In this document: one piece after another, positions 21,876 through 33,001 of the stretch | How positions within the stretch are numbered: the first letter of the stretch is position 1 | Layout: the number at the start of each line of letters is the position of its first letter | Origin: Thermodesulfobacteriota bacterium | Lineage (GTDB): Bacteria > Desulfobacterota > Desulfobacteria > Desulfobacterales > C00003060 | Length of the DNA stretch: 64,000 nt | Reading direction: 5' to 3' | NCBI GenBank assembly: GCA_034189385.1 | Contig: JAXHVD010000014.1 | Location: 32,001 to 96,000, forward strand | Program-made: the position numbers and the translations under genes | Notes under the pieces: generated by a model | Told to the model about the DNA's origin: nothing | Databases searched by the model: none | What the model saw: only the letters and a program-made list of their open reading frames with translations

Positions 21876-22649
21876 ATGATCCTTGGCCTCTCTGATCAAA
21901 GGGGTCCTCGTCAGGAGCCCGTTCGGACAGAAGTGTGGAAGATGTTTGACCGCGTGGCCCACCGGTATGATTTCTTAAACCGGCTCCTTTCCGCAGGGAT
22001 CGACCGACGGTGGCGGGGAAAAATGGCCCGCCTGCTTCCCCCCGGTCGTGATCAGCACGTCCTGGACCTGGCCACGGGAACGGCGGACCAACTCCTCTTC
22101 CTCTTCGACAAAAGCAATAAAATCAAGTCCGGTTTGGGCATCGACCTGGCAGAGAAAATGCTTGCCATAGGAAGACAGAAGGTTCAAGGACGCGGCCTTT
22201 CTGAGGCCATTACCCTGAAAAGGGGGGATGCCATGGACATCCCCGCTCAAGACAAGACCTTTGACGCCGTCACCATCTCCTTTGGCATCCGCAATGTAAG
22301 CCGTGTCTCTCAGGCCCTGTCAGAGATGCACCGCGTCCTTAAGCCAGGGGGCCGGCTTCTTGTTCTCGAATTCTCGTTGCCGGAGCACGCCCTCATCCGC
22401 TCAGGCTACCTTCTCTATCTCAGACACATCCTACCCCCTTTGGGAGCCCTGGTATCGGGCGATTCCGGCGCCTATCGATACTTGAACCAGACCATTGAGA
22501 CCTTTCCTTATGGCGGGGCCCTGTGCCAATTGATTGCCGAAGCAGGATTTGAGGCTGTTCAGGCCCGTGCCCTGACCATGGGCATTGCAATGATCTACCA
22601 AGGTGACAGGCCCCTATCAGCAAAGGGGCATCCCACATCTAAGGAATAG
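21876..22649 (+). CDS. menG: Demethylmenaquinone methyltransferase (UbiE/MenG)
   Basis: MFDRVAHRYDFLNRLLSAGID, LDLATGTAD, FGIRNV, AYRYLNQTIETFP; start uncertain. Confidence 0.93.
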   Translation: MILGLSDQRGPRQEPVRTEVWKMFDRVAHRYDFLNRLLSAGIDRRWRGKMARLLPPGRDQHVLDLATGTADQLLFLFDKSNKIKSGLGIDLAEKMLAIGRQKVQGRGLSEAITLKRGDAMDIPAQDKTFDAVTISFGIRNVSRVSQALSEMHRVLKPGGRLLVLEFSLPEHALIRSGYLLYLRHILPPLGALVSGDSGAYRYLNQTIETFPYGGALCQLIAEAGFEAVQARALTMGIAMIYQGDRPLSAKGHPTSKE

Positions 22650-22651
22650 CC

Positions 22652-24034
22652 ATGTACACAGTGACTGAACAGATTCATGCAAACGAGACACAGCGCATCA
22701 GAGAAAGGATCATGGCCCAGCTCTTTCACGAAAAAACGACGGGTGGAAGGGCCAAAGGCGATCCAGCAATCGTCCGGGCCGAAGTCCAGGTTGAAGGGCT
22801 TTCCGCCTTGCCCTGGCTGTGCGCTCAGCCACCTGCTTCAAGAGGCTACTGGTCGGACCGGGAGAATCATTTTGAACTGGCTGGGACAGGCCGGGCCGAC
22901 GTGATAACCGGCAATTCCCGCCTGGACTACCAGGCCCTCATGGCCATGCTTCACCATCGGATCAAAAGGGCCAAAGGCCACCCCCGCTACCTTGGAGGGC
23001 TGCGATTTTCGCTAAACGGCATTCGGGAACCCGCCTGGGAACCCTTCAAGGCCTATCGTTTTATCCTACCCCGATTTGAAGTGGTCACGCGCCACGGCCG
23101 CACAGTCTTTGCCTGCAATATGCTGGAAAATGAAGATGAGGCGACCATTGAAGCTGCCCTTTCCAAAACGGCTTTCCCTGATGGATCTCCCCTTTCCAGC
23201 CTGCCCAAGGCCATTTCAAGGCAGGACTACCCAGACAAAGGGGGCTGGTGTGCCAATGTGGAGGCGGCTCTTAGGGCCTTCAAACCTGGCGACTATGAAA
23301 AAGTGGTCCTGGCCAGGAAAGCCACTTTTGCATTTGAAGAATCCATCAATCCTGCGGTGTTGTTGTGGGCATTGAAAAGAAATACCCCCCAGTGTTTTCA
23401 TTTCATGTTTCAGCCCGAGGCCGACGCTGCCTTCTTGGGAGCTTCACCTGAAAGGCTCTACCGCAGGGACAAAGATGGAATCCGCACGGAAGCCATTGCA
23501 GGAAGCCGCCCTCGAGGGGCCTCTGCTGAGGAAGATGAGCGTTATGCCCTGCAACTGAAGAGGAGTGAAAAAGACCTTCGGGAACATGAATATGTGGTAA
23601 AGAGTATTCAACGGACCCTAAAGGCCTTGTGCTCCTTGCTCAGCGTTGACGATGAACGGTCCATCATGAAGCTGGCGCGATGCCAACATTTACTCACCGA
23701 TTTTCGGGGTAAATTGGCCAATGGAGTCAAGGATGCCGATTTGCTGGAGAAGCTCCATCCCACCCCCGCCGTTGGGGGCCACCCAACGGACCGGGCCCTT
23801 CAAGACATTGCCCGCCTGGAACCCTTTGATCGGGGATGGTATGCCGGGCCTGTGGGCTGGATCGGGAAAGATGGGGCTCAATTCGTAGTTGGAATCCGCT
23901 CTGCCCTCACAGAGGGGTGCAAACTCCATCTCTTTTCCGGGGCTGGGATTGTGGACGGATCTGTCCCGATAGCAGAGTGGGAGGAAATCGAAAACAAGAT
24001 TAGTGACTTTCTTGCTTTATTGACTCATTCATGA
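22652..24034 (+). CDS. menF: Isochorismate synthase
   Basis: KVVLAR, GASPERL, EAIAGS, LHPTPAVGG, DRGWYAG, SGAGIV. Confidence 0.93.
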   Translation: MYTVTEQIHANETQRIRERIMAQLFHEKTTGGRAKGDPAIVRAEVQVEGLSALPWLCAQPPASRGYWSDRENHFELAGTGRADVITGNSRLDYQALMAMLHHRIKRAKGHPRYLGGLRFSLNGIREPAWEPFKAYRFILPRFEVVTRHGRTVFACNMLENEDEATIEAALSKTAFPDGSPLSSLPKAISRQDYPDKGGWCANVEAALRAFKPGDYEKVVLARKATFAFEESINPAVLLWALKRNTPQCFHFMFQPEADAAFLGASPERLYRRDKDGIRTEAIAGSRPRGASAEEDERYALQLKRSEKDLREHEYVVKSIQRTLKALCSLLSVDDERSIMKLARCQHLLTDFRGKLANGVKDADLLEKLHPTPAVGGHPTDRALQDIARLEPFDRGWYAGPVGWIGKDGAQFVVGIRSALTEGCKLHLFSGAGIVDGSVPIAEWEEIENKISDFLALLTHS

Positions 24035-25836
24035 AGTTGCCCCAACCCAATCTAAACGCCCTCTGGGCCTCCCTTCTTATTGAGGAACTCATCCGAAACG
24101 GCATTGACTACTTTTGTCTGGCCCCGGGCTCGCGATCAACACCCCTGACCGTAGCCGTGGCTGAAAACGGAAAAGCAAAGACCTCCCTTCACTATGACGA
24201 GCGAGGAGTGGCTTTTCACGCCCTCGGGTATGGTCGGGCCACGGGGCGTCCAGCCGGCGTCATCACCACGTCAGGGACAGCTGTTCCAAATCTCATGCCC
24301 GCAGTTGTGGAAGCGGCGATGGACCAGATTCCTCTCTTGGTGATCACCGCTGATCGACCACCGGAATTACGGGATTGCGCTGCAAACCAGACGATCGATC
24401 AGACAAAAATTTTTGGGGACTTTGTTCAGTGGTTTGTCGATCTGGCCTGTCCCAGTCGCCAGATTCCAGCTAAAGTGATCCTTTCTACGATCGACCAAGC
24501 CGTCCATCGTTCAATTGGACCTATCGCCGGCCCTGTCCATATAAACTGCATGTTTCGTGAACCGCTGGACCCCAAGCCTGCAAATGAGGACTTTCGTGAC
24601 TACCTTGCCCCCCTGGCAAAATGGCTCCCCAAAAGTTATCCCTATACCGAATATGAACGGCCGGTGCGAATGGCGAATCCCAAGGCTCTGGACGACCTGT
24701 CTCAGCTTCTGGACAAGGTGGAAAGAGGCCTCGTAGTAATAGGGCGGCTCAGCTGTCCCAGTGAGCAATCAGCCGCCTCCGCTCTGATAGAAACACTACG
24801 ATGGCCTGTCTGTGCCGATATCACCTCGGGCCTCAAATCAAGAGGAATTTCGTCAACGATCTTGGCCTGTCACGATGTCCTTATTAGAACAGAGGCCTTT
24901 GCCGCAATCCACCATCCTGAAGTCGTTCTCCAATTGGGAGGACGTTTTGTCTCAAAGCACCTGGAAGCCTTCATTCAGCAAAGCGACCCCGACCACTACG
25001 TGCTTGTGACAAACCACCCGAAAAGACAGGACCCGTCTCACAGGGTATCGCTAAGAATAGAGGGCGATCTCGGGCAAGTATGTCACTATCTGGCAGACAG
25101 GCTCAGCCCTCGTCCCGACTCGCCTTGGCTGGTCTCCTGGCAAAAAGCCTCGGCAAGAGCACGCCAGGTCTTTGAGACTTTTGCTCAAAGGGAAAAGACC
25201 TTGAGTGAACCCCAGGTGGCCCGTCTCATCTCCCGATATATGGCATCGGACCAGGGGCTTTTTATTGCCAGCAGTATGCCTATACGGGACATGGACCTCT
25301 TTGCAGACGCTCTGGGGCCTGCTATTTCTGTGGGCTCAAACCGCGGGGCTAGCGGGATAGATGGCACTATTGCCGCAGCCGCAGGCTTTGCTGCCGGGCT
25401 GAGAAAACCCCTCTCCCTCCTTACAGGAGATCTGGCCTTCCTCCACGATCTAAATTCCCTGAACTTCCTCCGTTGTGCCGATTACCCCGTTATGATGGTC
25501 GTCATAAACAACGACGGAGGAGGCATTTTCTCTTTTCTTCCTATCGCCCAGTTTGACCGATTCTTTGAGAAGTACTTTGTCACCCCCCATGGCCTGACCT
25601 TTGAAAAGGCGGCCCAGATGTTTGGAATTCAGTACTATCACCCTGAGACCGCCCCAGACTTCCAGTCTTGTTATGAGGAAGCCCTGGCCAAGGGCCATTC
25701 AGCCATTGTGGAAGTGACCCTGGATCGCAAAAAGAATCATGCGCTGCACATGCAATTGCTCAAAGATATGCAAGACGCCCTTAGAGATGACTACAAAGAT
25801 GGCGCCAAAGATCTCCTAACTGGGCAAGAGCGATGA
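24031..25836 (+). CDS. menD: SEPHCHC synthase
   Basis: APGSRSTPL, DERG, TSGTA, TADRP, NRGASGIDG, GDLAFLHD, NNDGGGIF. Confidence 0.97.
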   Translation: MKLPQPNLNALWASLLIEELIRNGIDYFCLAPGSRSTPLTVAVAENGKAKTSLHYDERGVAFHALGYGRATGRPAGVITTSGTAVPNLMPAVVEAAMDQIPLLVITADRPPELRDCAANQTIDQTKIFGDFVQWFVDLACPSRQIPAKVILSTIDQAVHRSIGPIAGPVHINCMFREPLDPKPANEDFRDYLAPLAKWLPKSYPYTEYERPVRMANPKALDDLSQLLDKVERGLVVIGRLSCPSEQSAASALIETLRWPVCADITSGLKSRGISSTILACHDVLIRTEAFAAIHHPEVVLQLGGRFVSKHLEAFIQQSDPDHYVLVTNHPKRQDPSHRVSLRIEGDLGQVCHYLADRLSPRPDSPWLVSWQKASARARQVFETFAQREKTLSEPQVARLISRYMASDQGLFIASSMPIRDMDLFADALGPAISVGSNRGASGIDGTIAAAAGFAAGLRKPLSLLTGDLAFLHDLNSLNFLRCADYPVMMVVINNDGGGIFSFLPIAQFDRFFEKYFVTPHGLTFEKAAQMFGIQYYHPETAPDFQSCYEEALAKGHSAIVEVTLDRKKNHALHMQLLKDMQDALRDDYKDGAKDLLTGQER

Positions 25837-26639
25837 ATCCCTCTCACAGTCTGTTCTATGAGCGGTTCGGCACGCCCTCAGCGCCTAAGGTGGTCTTTCT
25901 CCATGGATTTATGGGACATTCCAGCGACTGGCAGGCCATCATAGAAAGGCTGGCTTCAACCTACTGTTGCCTGGCCGTACATCTGCCGGGCCATGGAAAG
26001 AGCCTTCATCTTCCTAAAGAGGACGATTACACCCTTGATGGAGCGGCCCGGGCGGTGGCACAAATCATGAAAAAGAACCAGGCCATTCCGGCTCCTGTCG
26101 TAGGCTACTCCATGGGCGGACGAGTGGCCCTTTACCTCGCTCTCCATTACAGCCCATGCTGCTCTCGGCTCGTTGTCGAGTCGGCCACAGCCGGCCTTAA
26201 GGGGGACCAAGATCGGGCCACACGAAGGAAACGGGATCAACAGCGGGCCCAAGCCCTGCGGCAGGGCTCCTTTGAAGACTTCCTCCGAACGTGGTATGGT
26301 CAACCCCTCTTTGAAACCCTGGCGGCAGCTCCAGATAAGCTCGAAGAAGTCTTAAGGCAAAGGCGTCTTAACGACCCTGAAGAACTGGCCAAGGCCCTTG
26401 AAGGAATGGGGGTGGGATCCCAGGACTCTCTATGGGAACAGTTGCCCCGCATGAATGCACCGACGCTGCTCATGGCGGGAGAGAAAGATTCCAGGTACGT
26501 GGCAATCCTTCGGGCCATGGCAAAACGCCTGCCCTCTGCTACAATAGAAATTATTGCCGGCGCAGGCCACAACGTCCACCTGGAAAACGCCCCTGCGGCT
26601 GCGGCGCAGATAGAGCAATTCCTGGCAAAGGAGCAATAG
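25833..26639 (+). CDS. menH: SHCHC synthase
   Basis: FLHGFMG, GYSMGGR, WYGQPLF, GHNVH. Confidence 0.93.
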   Translation: MNPSHSLFYERFGTPSAPKVVFLHGFMGHSSDWQAIIERLASTYCCLAVHLPGHGKSLHLPKEDDYTLDGAARAVAQIMKKNQAIPAPVVGYSMGGRVALYLALHYSPCCSRLVVESATAGLKGDQDRATRRKRDQQRAQALRQGSFEDFLRTWYGQPLFETLAAAPDKLEEVLRQRRLNDPEELAKALEGMGVGSQDSLWEQLPRMNAPTLLMAGEKDSRYVAILRAMAKRLPSATIEIIAGAGHNVHLENAPAAAAQIEQFLAKEQ

Positions 26640-26644
26640 AACTG

Positions 26645-27466
26645 ATGGCAACCATTGCATGGAAAGAGGCTAAAGCGTTCACGGACATTAGATATGAAAA
26701 AGCGGGAGGGATTGCCAAAATTACCATTAACCGACCTGAGGTACGCAATGCCTTTCGGCCGTTGACAGTTGTGGAAATGTCAAAGGCGTTAAACGACGCC
26801 CGAGATGACAAGGATATCGGAGTCATCATTCTCACAGGCCAAGGCGATAAGGCCTTTTGCTCCGGCGGGGACCAACGGGTTCGGGCCCATGCGGGCTATG
26901 CTGACGAGGGCGGTGTCGAGCGACTGAATGTCCTGGATTTCCAACGCCAGATTCGCACGTGCCCTAAGCCGATCATTGCCATGGTAGCCGGCTACGCCAT
27001 CGGAGGAGGCCATGTGCTCCATTTGATGTGCGATCTGACGATTGCGGCCGACAACGCTGTCTTCGGCCAGACCGGGCCGAAGGTGGGCTCCTTTGACGGC
27101 GGCTATGGTTCAGCCTACCTGGCCCGTATCGTGGGGCAGAAGAAGGCCCGGGAAATCTGGTTTCTCTGCCGCCAGTATTCGGCCCAACAGGCCTTGGAGA
27201 TGGGGTTGGTCAACACCGTGGTCCCCCTGGAGAAACTGGAAGAGGAAACCGTCCAGTGGTGCCGCGAAATGCTTGTGCACTCGCCTCTGGCCTTGCGCTG
27301 CTTGAAATCGGCACTGAATGCAGACTGCGATGGCCAGGCTGGTCTCCAGGAGCTGGCAGGCAATGCCACCCTTTTGTTCTACATGACCGAAGAGGCCCAG
27401 GAGGGGCGGGACGCTTTTGCAGAAAAGCGGAAACCGGATTTCACCAAGTTTCCCAGGAGGCCCTAA
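26645..27466 (+). CDS. menB: 1,4-dihydroxy-2-naphthoyl-CoA synthase
   Basis: [30 protein letters not shown]; start at MATIAW (26645). Confidence 0.98.
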   Translation: MATIAWKEAKAFTDIRYEKAGGIAKITINRPEVRNAFRPLTVVEMSKALNDARDDKDIGVIILTGQGDKAFCSGGDQRVRAHAGYADEGGVERLNVLDFQRQIRTCPKPIIAMVAGYAIGGGHVLHLMCDLTIAADNAVFGQTGPKVGSFDGGYGSAYLARIVGQKKAREIWFLCRQYSAQQALEMGLVNTVVPLEKLEEETVQWCREMLVHSPLALRCLKSALNADCDGQAGLQELAGNATLLFYMTEEAQEGRDAFAEKRKPDFTKFPRRP

Positions 27467-27614
27467 GCGCAAGGCGCGATGGGCGACGCCTGGATTGGTC
27501 ATTTGCCAGATGCCTCGGGCCCCATGGCAAGAGGCACGGCCAATAGGAGAGTGACATGTCAGACTGTAGGCTGGTCTCTTTGAGTTACTCTTCGCAGTTT
27601 ACGGCACTTCAACA

Positions 27615-28502
27615 ATGGCTAGGCTTTCCACCTTTAACATATGGGTACTGGCGGCACGGCCCAAAACGCTTTGGGCGGCTATTGCCCCTGTCATGGTAGG
27701 CACGGCTATGGCCTTTGAGACAGGAAAGGGGGCCTGGCTTCCGGCCCTGGCAGCCCTTTTTGGTGCCGTCATGATACAAATCGGGACCAATTTTGCCAAC
27801 GACTACTTTGATCATCAGAAAGGAACAGACACGGAGCATCGGCTTGGCCCCTTACGGGTCACCCAAGCCGGGCTGGTGCAACCTGAGACCATGAAATGGG
27901 CCATCGCCCTGGCCTTTTTCATGGCTGGGACAGCCGGAATCTATCTGGTCTGGCAGGGAGGCTGGCCGATTTTCATCGTAGGCTGCCTTTCGATCTTATC
28001 GGGAATCTTTTATACGGCAGGGCCCTACCCTCTCGGCTATACTGGCTTGGCTGATCTTTTTGTGTTGATCTTTTTTGGTCCAGTAGCAGTAGGAGGCACG
28101 TACTACGTCCAGACCTTGGAAATGCATCATCCCGTGCTGTGGTCCGGCCTGGCCCCCGGCCTTTTTTCCGTAGCCATCCTCACGGTGAACAATCTCCGAG
28201 ACATAGAAGAAGACAAGCGCGCCGGCAAAAAGACCCTTGCTGTAAGATTCGGCCGTTCCTATGCCCAGGGGCAATACCTCCTGTGCCTGGTGTCGGCCTC
28301 CGCCATCCCGGCAATGCTCTATATTCTAGAAGGAAACCATCCCGTTGCCATGGTGACCATCGTCCTTCCCCTTGCGGCTTTGTCGTCCATACGCTTGGTC
28401 TTTACGACCAGGGATGGTCCGAAACTTAACGGTGTCTTGGCTTTTACGGGCAAGCTCCTGCTCCTTTATAGTGTTGTTTTCTCTGTGGGATGGCTTCTGT
28501 GA
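27615..28502 (+). CDS. menA: DHNA polyprenyltransferase
   Basis: ARPKTL, NFANDYFD, NNLRDIEED, GKKTLAVR. Confidence 0.96.
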   Translation: MARLSTFNIWVLAARPKTLWAAIAPVMVGTAMAFETGKGAWLPALAALFGAVMIQIGTNFANDYFDHQKGTDTEHRLGPLRVTQAGLVQPETMKWAIALAFFMAGTAGIYLVWQGGWPIFIVGCLSILSGIFYTAGPYPLGYTGLADLFVLIFFGPVAVGGTYYVQTLEMHHPVLWSGLAPGLFSVAILTVNNLRDIEEDKRAGKKTLAVRFGRSYAQGQYLLCLVSASAIPAMLYILEGNHPVAMVTIVLPLAALSSIRLVFTTRDGPKLNGVLAFTGKLLLLYSVVFSVGWLL

Positions 28503-29602
28503 GAATATCAGACATGGCCCTTTTCGAGTTTCGCCTTCCCCTTCGCCGCCCTTTGAAGATCGGCCAAGAAGTCCTCGAACAACGACGGGGTCTTGTCCTG
28601 AGCCTAACGGACGACTCCGGCAGGCAGGCTTTTGGAGAGGCCAGCCCTCTGCCCGGCTTGAGCCGAGAGAGTATGGCCCAGGCGAAAGACGAGATGGCCT
28701 TGCTACGCCCTTGGCTCATGGGCCGACTCCTGCCCGATCATCTGGACAAGGTGAGAGGAGCTTTCAAAGCGTGGCTTGGGGAATGCCGCCTGGCATCTTC
28801 TTCACGTTTTGCTCTTGAGACGGCTGTCTTACGTCTTCTGGCGGCAAAAAGGGCCCTTCCCCTGAGTGAACTTCTTTCCCCATCCCCCCGGCCCTTCGTC
28901 AGTGTGAATGGTCTTTTGAGCGGCTCCCGCGAAGAAATTGAGAAAAAGGCCTTTGATCTTCGTGCCCGGGGATACAGGGCCTTCAAGCTGAAAGTGGGGC
29001 GGCAGACCGTGGAAGAAGACATCGCTATGACGCAGATGGTTAGAAGAATTATTACAGATGATAGTATCTTGCGTCTGGATGCCAATCGTGCTTGGCAAAT
29101 GGAGCAGGCCCTTGCCTTTGCCAAGGCTGTAGCCTCCGTTAACCTGGACTATCTTGAGGAGCCTGTCCGCACCCTTCCCCTGCTGAAAGAGCTGGTCAGT
29201 AGAATAGGAACGGCCGTGCCACTTGCTCTGGACGAGAGCTTGACAGGTCTGACACCGCGAGACCTGGATGGCTTTTTCGGGATCAAGGCTGTCGTACTGA
29301 AGCCCACCTTGCTGGGCTTTGAACAAGCCATGCGCTTCGCCCGTGGTGCCTTAAAAAGGGGTATGACGCCCGTTGTCAGTTCGGCCTTTGAATCTGAAAT
29401 TGGTATAGAGGCCCTGGCCCACATGGCGGCATCCATCAACACAGGCGATGTGCCGGCCGGTCTCGACACCCTGGATTGGTTTGAAAAGGGATTGCTCCCC
29501 ACCCCTTTTGGGATCAAAAGGGGTCGTCTTGGCATCGCAAATTTCCAGTGCTTTCCTGAACAAGCGCTGAAAAGTCTGACTGAGGTAACGTTGCATGGCT
29601 AA
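28490..29602 (+). CDS. menC: o-succinylbenzoate synthase
   Basis: GEASPLPG, KLKVG, LDAN, EEP, LDES, VSSAFES. Confidence 0.93.
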   Translation: MASVRISDMALFEFRLPLRRPLKIGQEVLEQRRGLVLSLTDDSGRQAFGEASPLPGLSRESMAQAKDEMALLRPWLMGRLLPDHLDKVRGAFKAWLGECRLASSSRFALETAVLRLLAAKRALPLSELLSPSPRPFVSVNGLLSGSREEIEKKAFDLRARGYRAFKLKVGRQTVEEDIAMTQMVRRIITDDSILRLDANRAWQMEQALAFAKAVASVNLDYLEEPVRTLPLLKELVSRIGTAVPLALDESLTGLTPRDLDGFFGIKAVVLKPTLLGFEQAMRFARGALKRGMTPVVSSAFESEIGIEALAHMAASINTGDVPAGLDTLDWFEKGLLPTPFGIKRGRLGIANFQCFPEQALKSLTEVTLHG

Positions 29603-31052
29603 TATCCAATGCCCCTTAAACGCCGCTGCCAATGCTTGGCGTGACCGCCCTGCCATCATCAGCGGAGAGAGGATGATCTCCTATGGTGAATATGAAGCCT
29701 TGGTTGCATCCACGGCCCTTGCACTCAAAAAAAGGGGGGTGATGCCGGGACAGCGTGTTGCCATCATTAGTAAAAACGACTTGGGACTACTTGTCCTTTT
29801 GTTCGCCATACTCAGAGCGGGGGCCGTCTCTTTCCCAATCAGCCCGAGACTCCCAGGGCAAGCCCTTCAGTCCACCCTGAAAAGGGTTGGTGCCTCAGTC
29901 GTCATCGATCCGGAGAACAGACTCCCGAGAAAAGGATCTTCTGAAATAGGCCAAATCGACCCAGACTCTCTCTTTGCCGCGGCAACATCCTTTGCCTCAA
30001 CATCAGGCCATGAGGTCACATGGGATCTGGATGACGAAGCCACGATCATTCTCACCTCAGGCAGCACTGCTTTACCCAAGGCTGCCCTTCATTCCTTGGG
30101 AAATCACTACTACAACGCTCTGGGCTCCAACAAGAATCTTCCCATTGAACCGGGCCATGGCTGGCTCCTTTCTCTGCCTTTGTATCACGTAGGCGGACTG
30201 GGCATCCTTTTTAGAACCATTCTGGGTGGTGGGACACTGGTCCTTCCTGAAGAAGGCGAGACGATTCATGCTGCCGTGGAAAGATATGCCGTCACCCATC
30301 TTTCCCTTGTCTCTACTCAAGTCTTTCGCCTTCTGAACCAAGGGCTGTCGGATCAAGCCGTTGACCGCCTAAAGGTCCTTCTTATTGGAGGAGGGCCTGT
30401 TTCTTCCTCCTTGATCACGCGTGCCGTCAACAGGGGTTTGCCTTTGTGCACCACATACGGTCTCACGGAGATGGCCTCACAGGTCACCACCACCGTCCCG
30501 GGCGATGCTGGGGATCGGCTTTTCAGTTCCGGCAAGATTCTGGAATATCGCCGTCTCAAAATAGAGGACGGGGCTATTTTCGTGAAAGGCCGGACCCTTT
30601 TTAGAGGTTATGTGGAAGAGCAGGGAATAGAAAAACCTTTCGATGATAAAGGCTGGTTTAAGACGGGGGATATGGGACGGATGGACCGTGAAGGCTACCT
30701 CACCTTTCTGGGGCGGCAAGACAACATGTTTATTTCAGGTGGAGAAAACATCCAACCCGAGGAGATTGAGAGCGCCCTGTGTGCCACGATGGATATTACT
30801 CAGGCTGTGGTCGTGCCTGTGGAAGACAAGGAATTCAGCTTTCGTCCCGTTGCCTTCGTCCGGACACCCTCTGGGACGCACCTGGATCAAAAAGACCTGA
30901 TCTGCCAGCTGGAGCGTGATCTGCCACGATTCAAGATCCCTGAAGCCTTTCTCCCCTGGCCCGAAGAGGCAGACAAAAGAGGCCTTAAGCCCGACCGCAC
31001 CTACCTCACGACTCTGGCGGGAGAGCTTCGACTGACCCGCCTCAACAAATGA
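29595..31052 (+). CDS. menE: o-succinylbenzoate--CoA ligase
   Basis: TSGSTALPKA, LPLYHVGG, YGLTEMASQ, ISGGENIQPEEIE. Confidence 0.93.
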   Translation: MANIQCPLNAAANAWRDRPAIISGERMISYGEYEALVASTALALKKRGVMPGQRVAIISKNDLGLLVLLFAILRAGAVSFPISPRLPGQALQSTLKRVGASVVIDPENRLPRKGSSEIGQIDPDSLFAAATSFASTSGHEVTWDLDDEATIILTSGSTALPKAALHSLGNHYYNALGSNKNLPIEPGHGWLLSLPLYHVGGLGILFRTILGGGTLVLPEEGETIHAAVERYAVTHLSLVSTQVFRLLNQGLSDQAVDRLKVLLIGGGPVSSSLITRAVNRGLPLCTTYGLTEMASQVTTTVPGDAGDRLFSSGKILEYRRLKIEDGAIFVKGRTLFRGYVEEQGIEKPFDDKGWFKTGDMGRMDREGYLTFLGRQDNMFISGGENIQPEEIESALCATMDITQAVVVPVEDKEFSFRPVAFVRTPSGTHLDQKDLICQLERDLPRFKIPEAFLPWPEEADKRGLKPDRTYLTTLAGELRLTRLNK

Positions 31053-31458
31053 TCCCAGCAAGCCCCTTTCTTATGTTTTCCGGCAAGGGAATCTTCTCCC
31101 CCGTAACCTTGTCCACCGAGACATGAACTGTCTTGAGCCTTGTAGCAACGCGTCCCTTCTTATTCCTAAAGACATAGACCAGGGTAAAAGAAGTATCGCC
31201 CATTTCTGCTGAAAGAGAAAGGGTGAAGGCTTCACCCAGGACAAGGGGACTTCGGTAGTCCGCCTCTGCGTGAACAATAGGAAGGCTGTATTGGGCATCG
31301 CGAATAATAACGTCCAGGCCGCATCCGATAGATTTCATAAAATCTTCGTAGGCGCCATGGGCGATCTTAAAGTGATTTGCGAAAAATAGAATCCCCGCAG
31401 CATCGGCATCATGGAATTTCACCCGCATTTCTGTCTCAACCTTGCTCATATCCGTCAT
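31042..31458 (-). CDS. Hot-dog acyl-CoA thioesterase, probable DHNA-CoA hydrolase
   Basis: VKFHDADAAGILFFAN, PIVHAEADY; convergent with and overlapping the menE end. Confidence 0.85.
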   Translation of the reverse strand: MTDMSKVETEMRVKFHDADAAGILFFANHFKIAHGAYEDFMKSIGCGLDVIIRDAQYSLPIVHAEADYRSPLVLGEAFTLSLSAEMGDTSFTLVYVFRNKKGRVATRLKTVHVSVDKVTGEKIPLPENIRKGLAGIIC

Positions 31459-31877
31459 GTTCCCAATCTTACATCACATCTGTAATTGAGATCAGATCCC
31501 ATTGTTTCACTGCACTACAACCAATGAAACCTGCCGTAGACATCAGCCATTCACCCTTCTTTCTTGCCTTCGGCCCTACCCTTTTGAATGGCAAGGGCAA
31601 GCCCTGCCAAAGCCGCCACGCACCCGGCCAGCGTATAGACCATCTCGTTGCTCATGACAGAGCCCACAAAAAAGCCTAACAGGCCAGCGGCCACAAGGCC
31701 GGTCCATATCTTCCCCGCCATTTCCATGGACGACCACCCCTTCCTCGTTTATGCAATATTTTTAGACATTCCTATGGTTTTTGCATGAGGTCAAGTCTTT
31801 TTACACGATACGTTGATAACGACGTAAGCCTGTGTTATGGATCTTCCAAGAATAGGAGACGAGGACAACCCTACCGC

Positions 31878-32906
31878 GTGACGCCCCTAACCCTTCTAAG
31901 ACGCTTGTGCCTTCCCATTCTCTTCATCTGCCTTTGTGCCTTTGTTCAGCCGGCCTCCGGCTTCTACACATGGACCGATGAAAAGGGCGTCAGACACTTT
32001 AGTGACACGCCTCCTCCGGCTGGAGGCCTGGATCGACTCCAGGTCAGGGAAACAGACGGTACCACTTTCCAGCCTCAAGGGCCGGAACCCCGGAGCACAC
32101 TAGAAAAGCATTTCCTTTGGTCCGTAGAAACAAACAAAAACACCATTTACCTTCTGGGCTCTCTCCATGTGCTGACAAAGGATTCCTATCCATTGGCTCA
32201 AGAAATTGAAAATGCCTATCGGCATTGCCAGAAAATCGTATTTGAAACAGACATAGATGGCCTGAATAATCCCATGATGCAGGCCAAGATCATGACCCTC
32301 GGCCTTTATCCCTTGGACCAAACCTTGCGGCAGCATGTATCTGAAAAGACCTATGCAGCGCTCAAAAAGAAGGTGGCCGAAGCTGGACTCTCCATGACCG
32401 TCTTTGAAAGGCTCAAGCCCTGGTCCTGCGGGGTGACGCTCACAATAATGGCCCTTGAAAGGATGGGATTTGATCTTCGTTACGGCATTGATACCACCTT
32501 TTTTCAGAGGGCAAAAAAGGATGGAAAAGAGCGGATCTTTTTGGAACCTGTTGAGTATCAGATCAACCTCCTTGCAAACATGGGAAAACAAGACCAAGAG
32601 CTATCCCTTAGACAGACCCTGGATGACCTTGAGGTGGTGGAAACCATGGCCCCTGATATGCTTGACGCCTGGGAAAACGGTGATGTTCACAGGCTCGATA
32701 CCATTATGAATGCAAGCCTGAAGAAGTACCCTGATATCCATGACCGCCTTCTTGTGCAGAGGAATAAGAAATGGCTCTCCCAGATCGAGAATCTTATGAA
32801 CCAGGATGACAATGTGCTGGTCATTGTAGGGGCCGCCCATCTGGTGGGAGCTGAAAGCCTTGTGGCCCTTCTCAGGGGAAAAGGTCATCACGTGACGCAG
32901 AGGTAG
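31878..32906 (+). CDS. DUF4124 + TraB/GumN family protein
   Basis: Signal peptide, YTWTDEKGVRHFSDTPP, YLLGSLH, GID, LE, RNKKW, VGAAHL; start uncertain. Confidence 0.88.
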   Translation: MTPLTLLRRLCLPILFICLCAFVQPASGFYTWTDEKGVRHFSDTPPPAGGLDRLQVRETDGTTFQPQGPEPRSTLEKHFLWSVETNKNTIYLLGSLHVLTKDSYPLAQEIENAYRHCQKIVFETDIDGLNNPMMQAKIMTLGLYPLDQTLRQHVSEKTYAALKKKVAEAGLSMTVFERLKPWSCGVTLTIMALERMGFDLRYGIDTTFFQRAKKDGKERIFLEPVEYQINLLANMGKQDQELSLRQTLDDLEVVETMAPDMLDAWENGDVHRLDTIMNASLKKYPDIHDRLLVQRNKKWLSQIENLMNQDDNVLVIVGAAHLVGAESLVALLRGKGHHVTQR

Positions 32907-33001
32907 CAGGGAGTTTAAACTTGGAGGGTTGAAGCGAAGGCTTTCGGAGCCGAGAGGGGGGAGCCCTCGACAGCATGTGGGCATCCCCCTATTACCTTGG
33001 T

